Notes under the pieces: model-generated | The model's input: the letters and a program-made list of their open reading frames with translations, nothing else | Told to the model about the DNA's origin: nothing | Databases searched by the model: none | Program-made: the position numbers and the translations under genes | Shown: positions 63,966-64,000 of the stretch, piece after piece | Numbering within the stretch: position 1 is the first letter of the stretch | How the letters are laid out: each line of letters starts with the position of its first letter | Source of the DNA: the human T2T-CHM13v2.0 reference genome, Homo sapiens | Strand: one strand, 5' to 3' | Length of the DNA: 64,000 nucleotides | NCBI RefSeq assembly: GCF_009914755.1 | Contig: NC_060927.1

Positions 63966-63985
63966 TGTACCTTGTAGAGATTTAT
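63600..63985 (+). mobile_element. MIR fragments with (TAA)n microsatellite
   Basis: MIR core AGTTTCCTCATCTGTAAAA; (TAA) run at about 63930-63964. Similar MIR/L2 relics at about 11850-12450, 14540-14680, 37880-38100, 38810-39100, 46270-46410, 52190-52440 and 60690-61160. Confidence 0.65.
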
Positions 63986-64000
63986 AAATAAATTAATTTA

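Overview
Human genomic DNA (an AluYb8 insertion is human-specific), almost entirely intronic. It holds one 52-nt coding exon on the + strand (53972-54023, PPAEQAKARLQLVLEAA), which I recognise as RSRC1 (SR-related splicing factor, 3q25, next to SHOX2). The rest is repeat-rich intron: about 22 Alus (including young AluYb8 and AluYe5-like copies), a near full-length but disrupted antisense L1PA, a complete THE1A provirus, two THE1 solo LTRs, a 2.1-kb MER52-type LTR, old L1M fragments and MITEs. The first 13 kb is repeat-poor, with blocks that look like conserved non-coding elements. The most notable item is an intronless, decayed retrocopy of a two-Ig leukocyte-receptor-complex gene (34911-36200, - strand). 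Its ectodomain resembles LILR/GP6/NCR1, but its transmembrane segment and tail resemble KIR/LAIR and carry two ITIM remnants, so the parent may be an inhibitory receptor with no obvious extant human counterpart. Other notable items: a 50/52-bp foldback hairpin 370 nt downstream of the exon, templated insertions inside the L1, DUX4-motif-bearing LTR promoters and two candidate cryptic exons. Repeat subfamilies and gene names come from recalled consensus or protein sequences; no database search was run.
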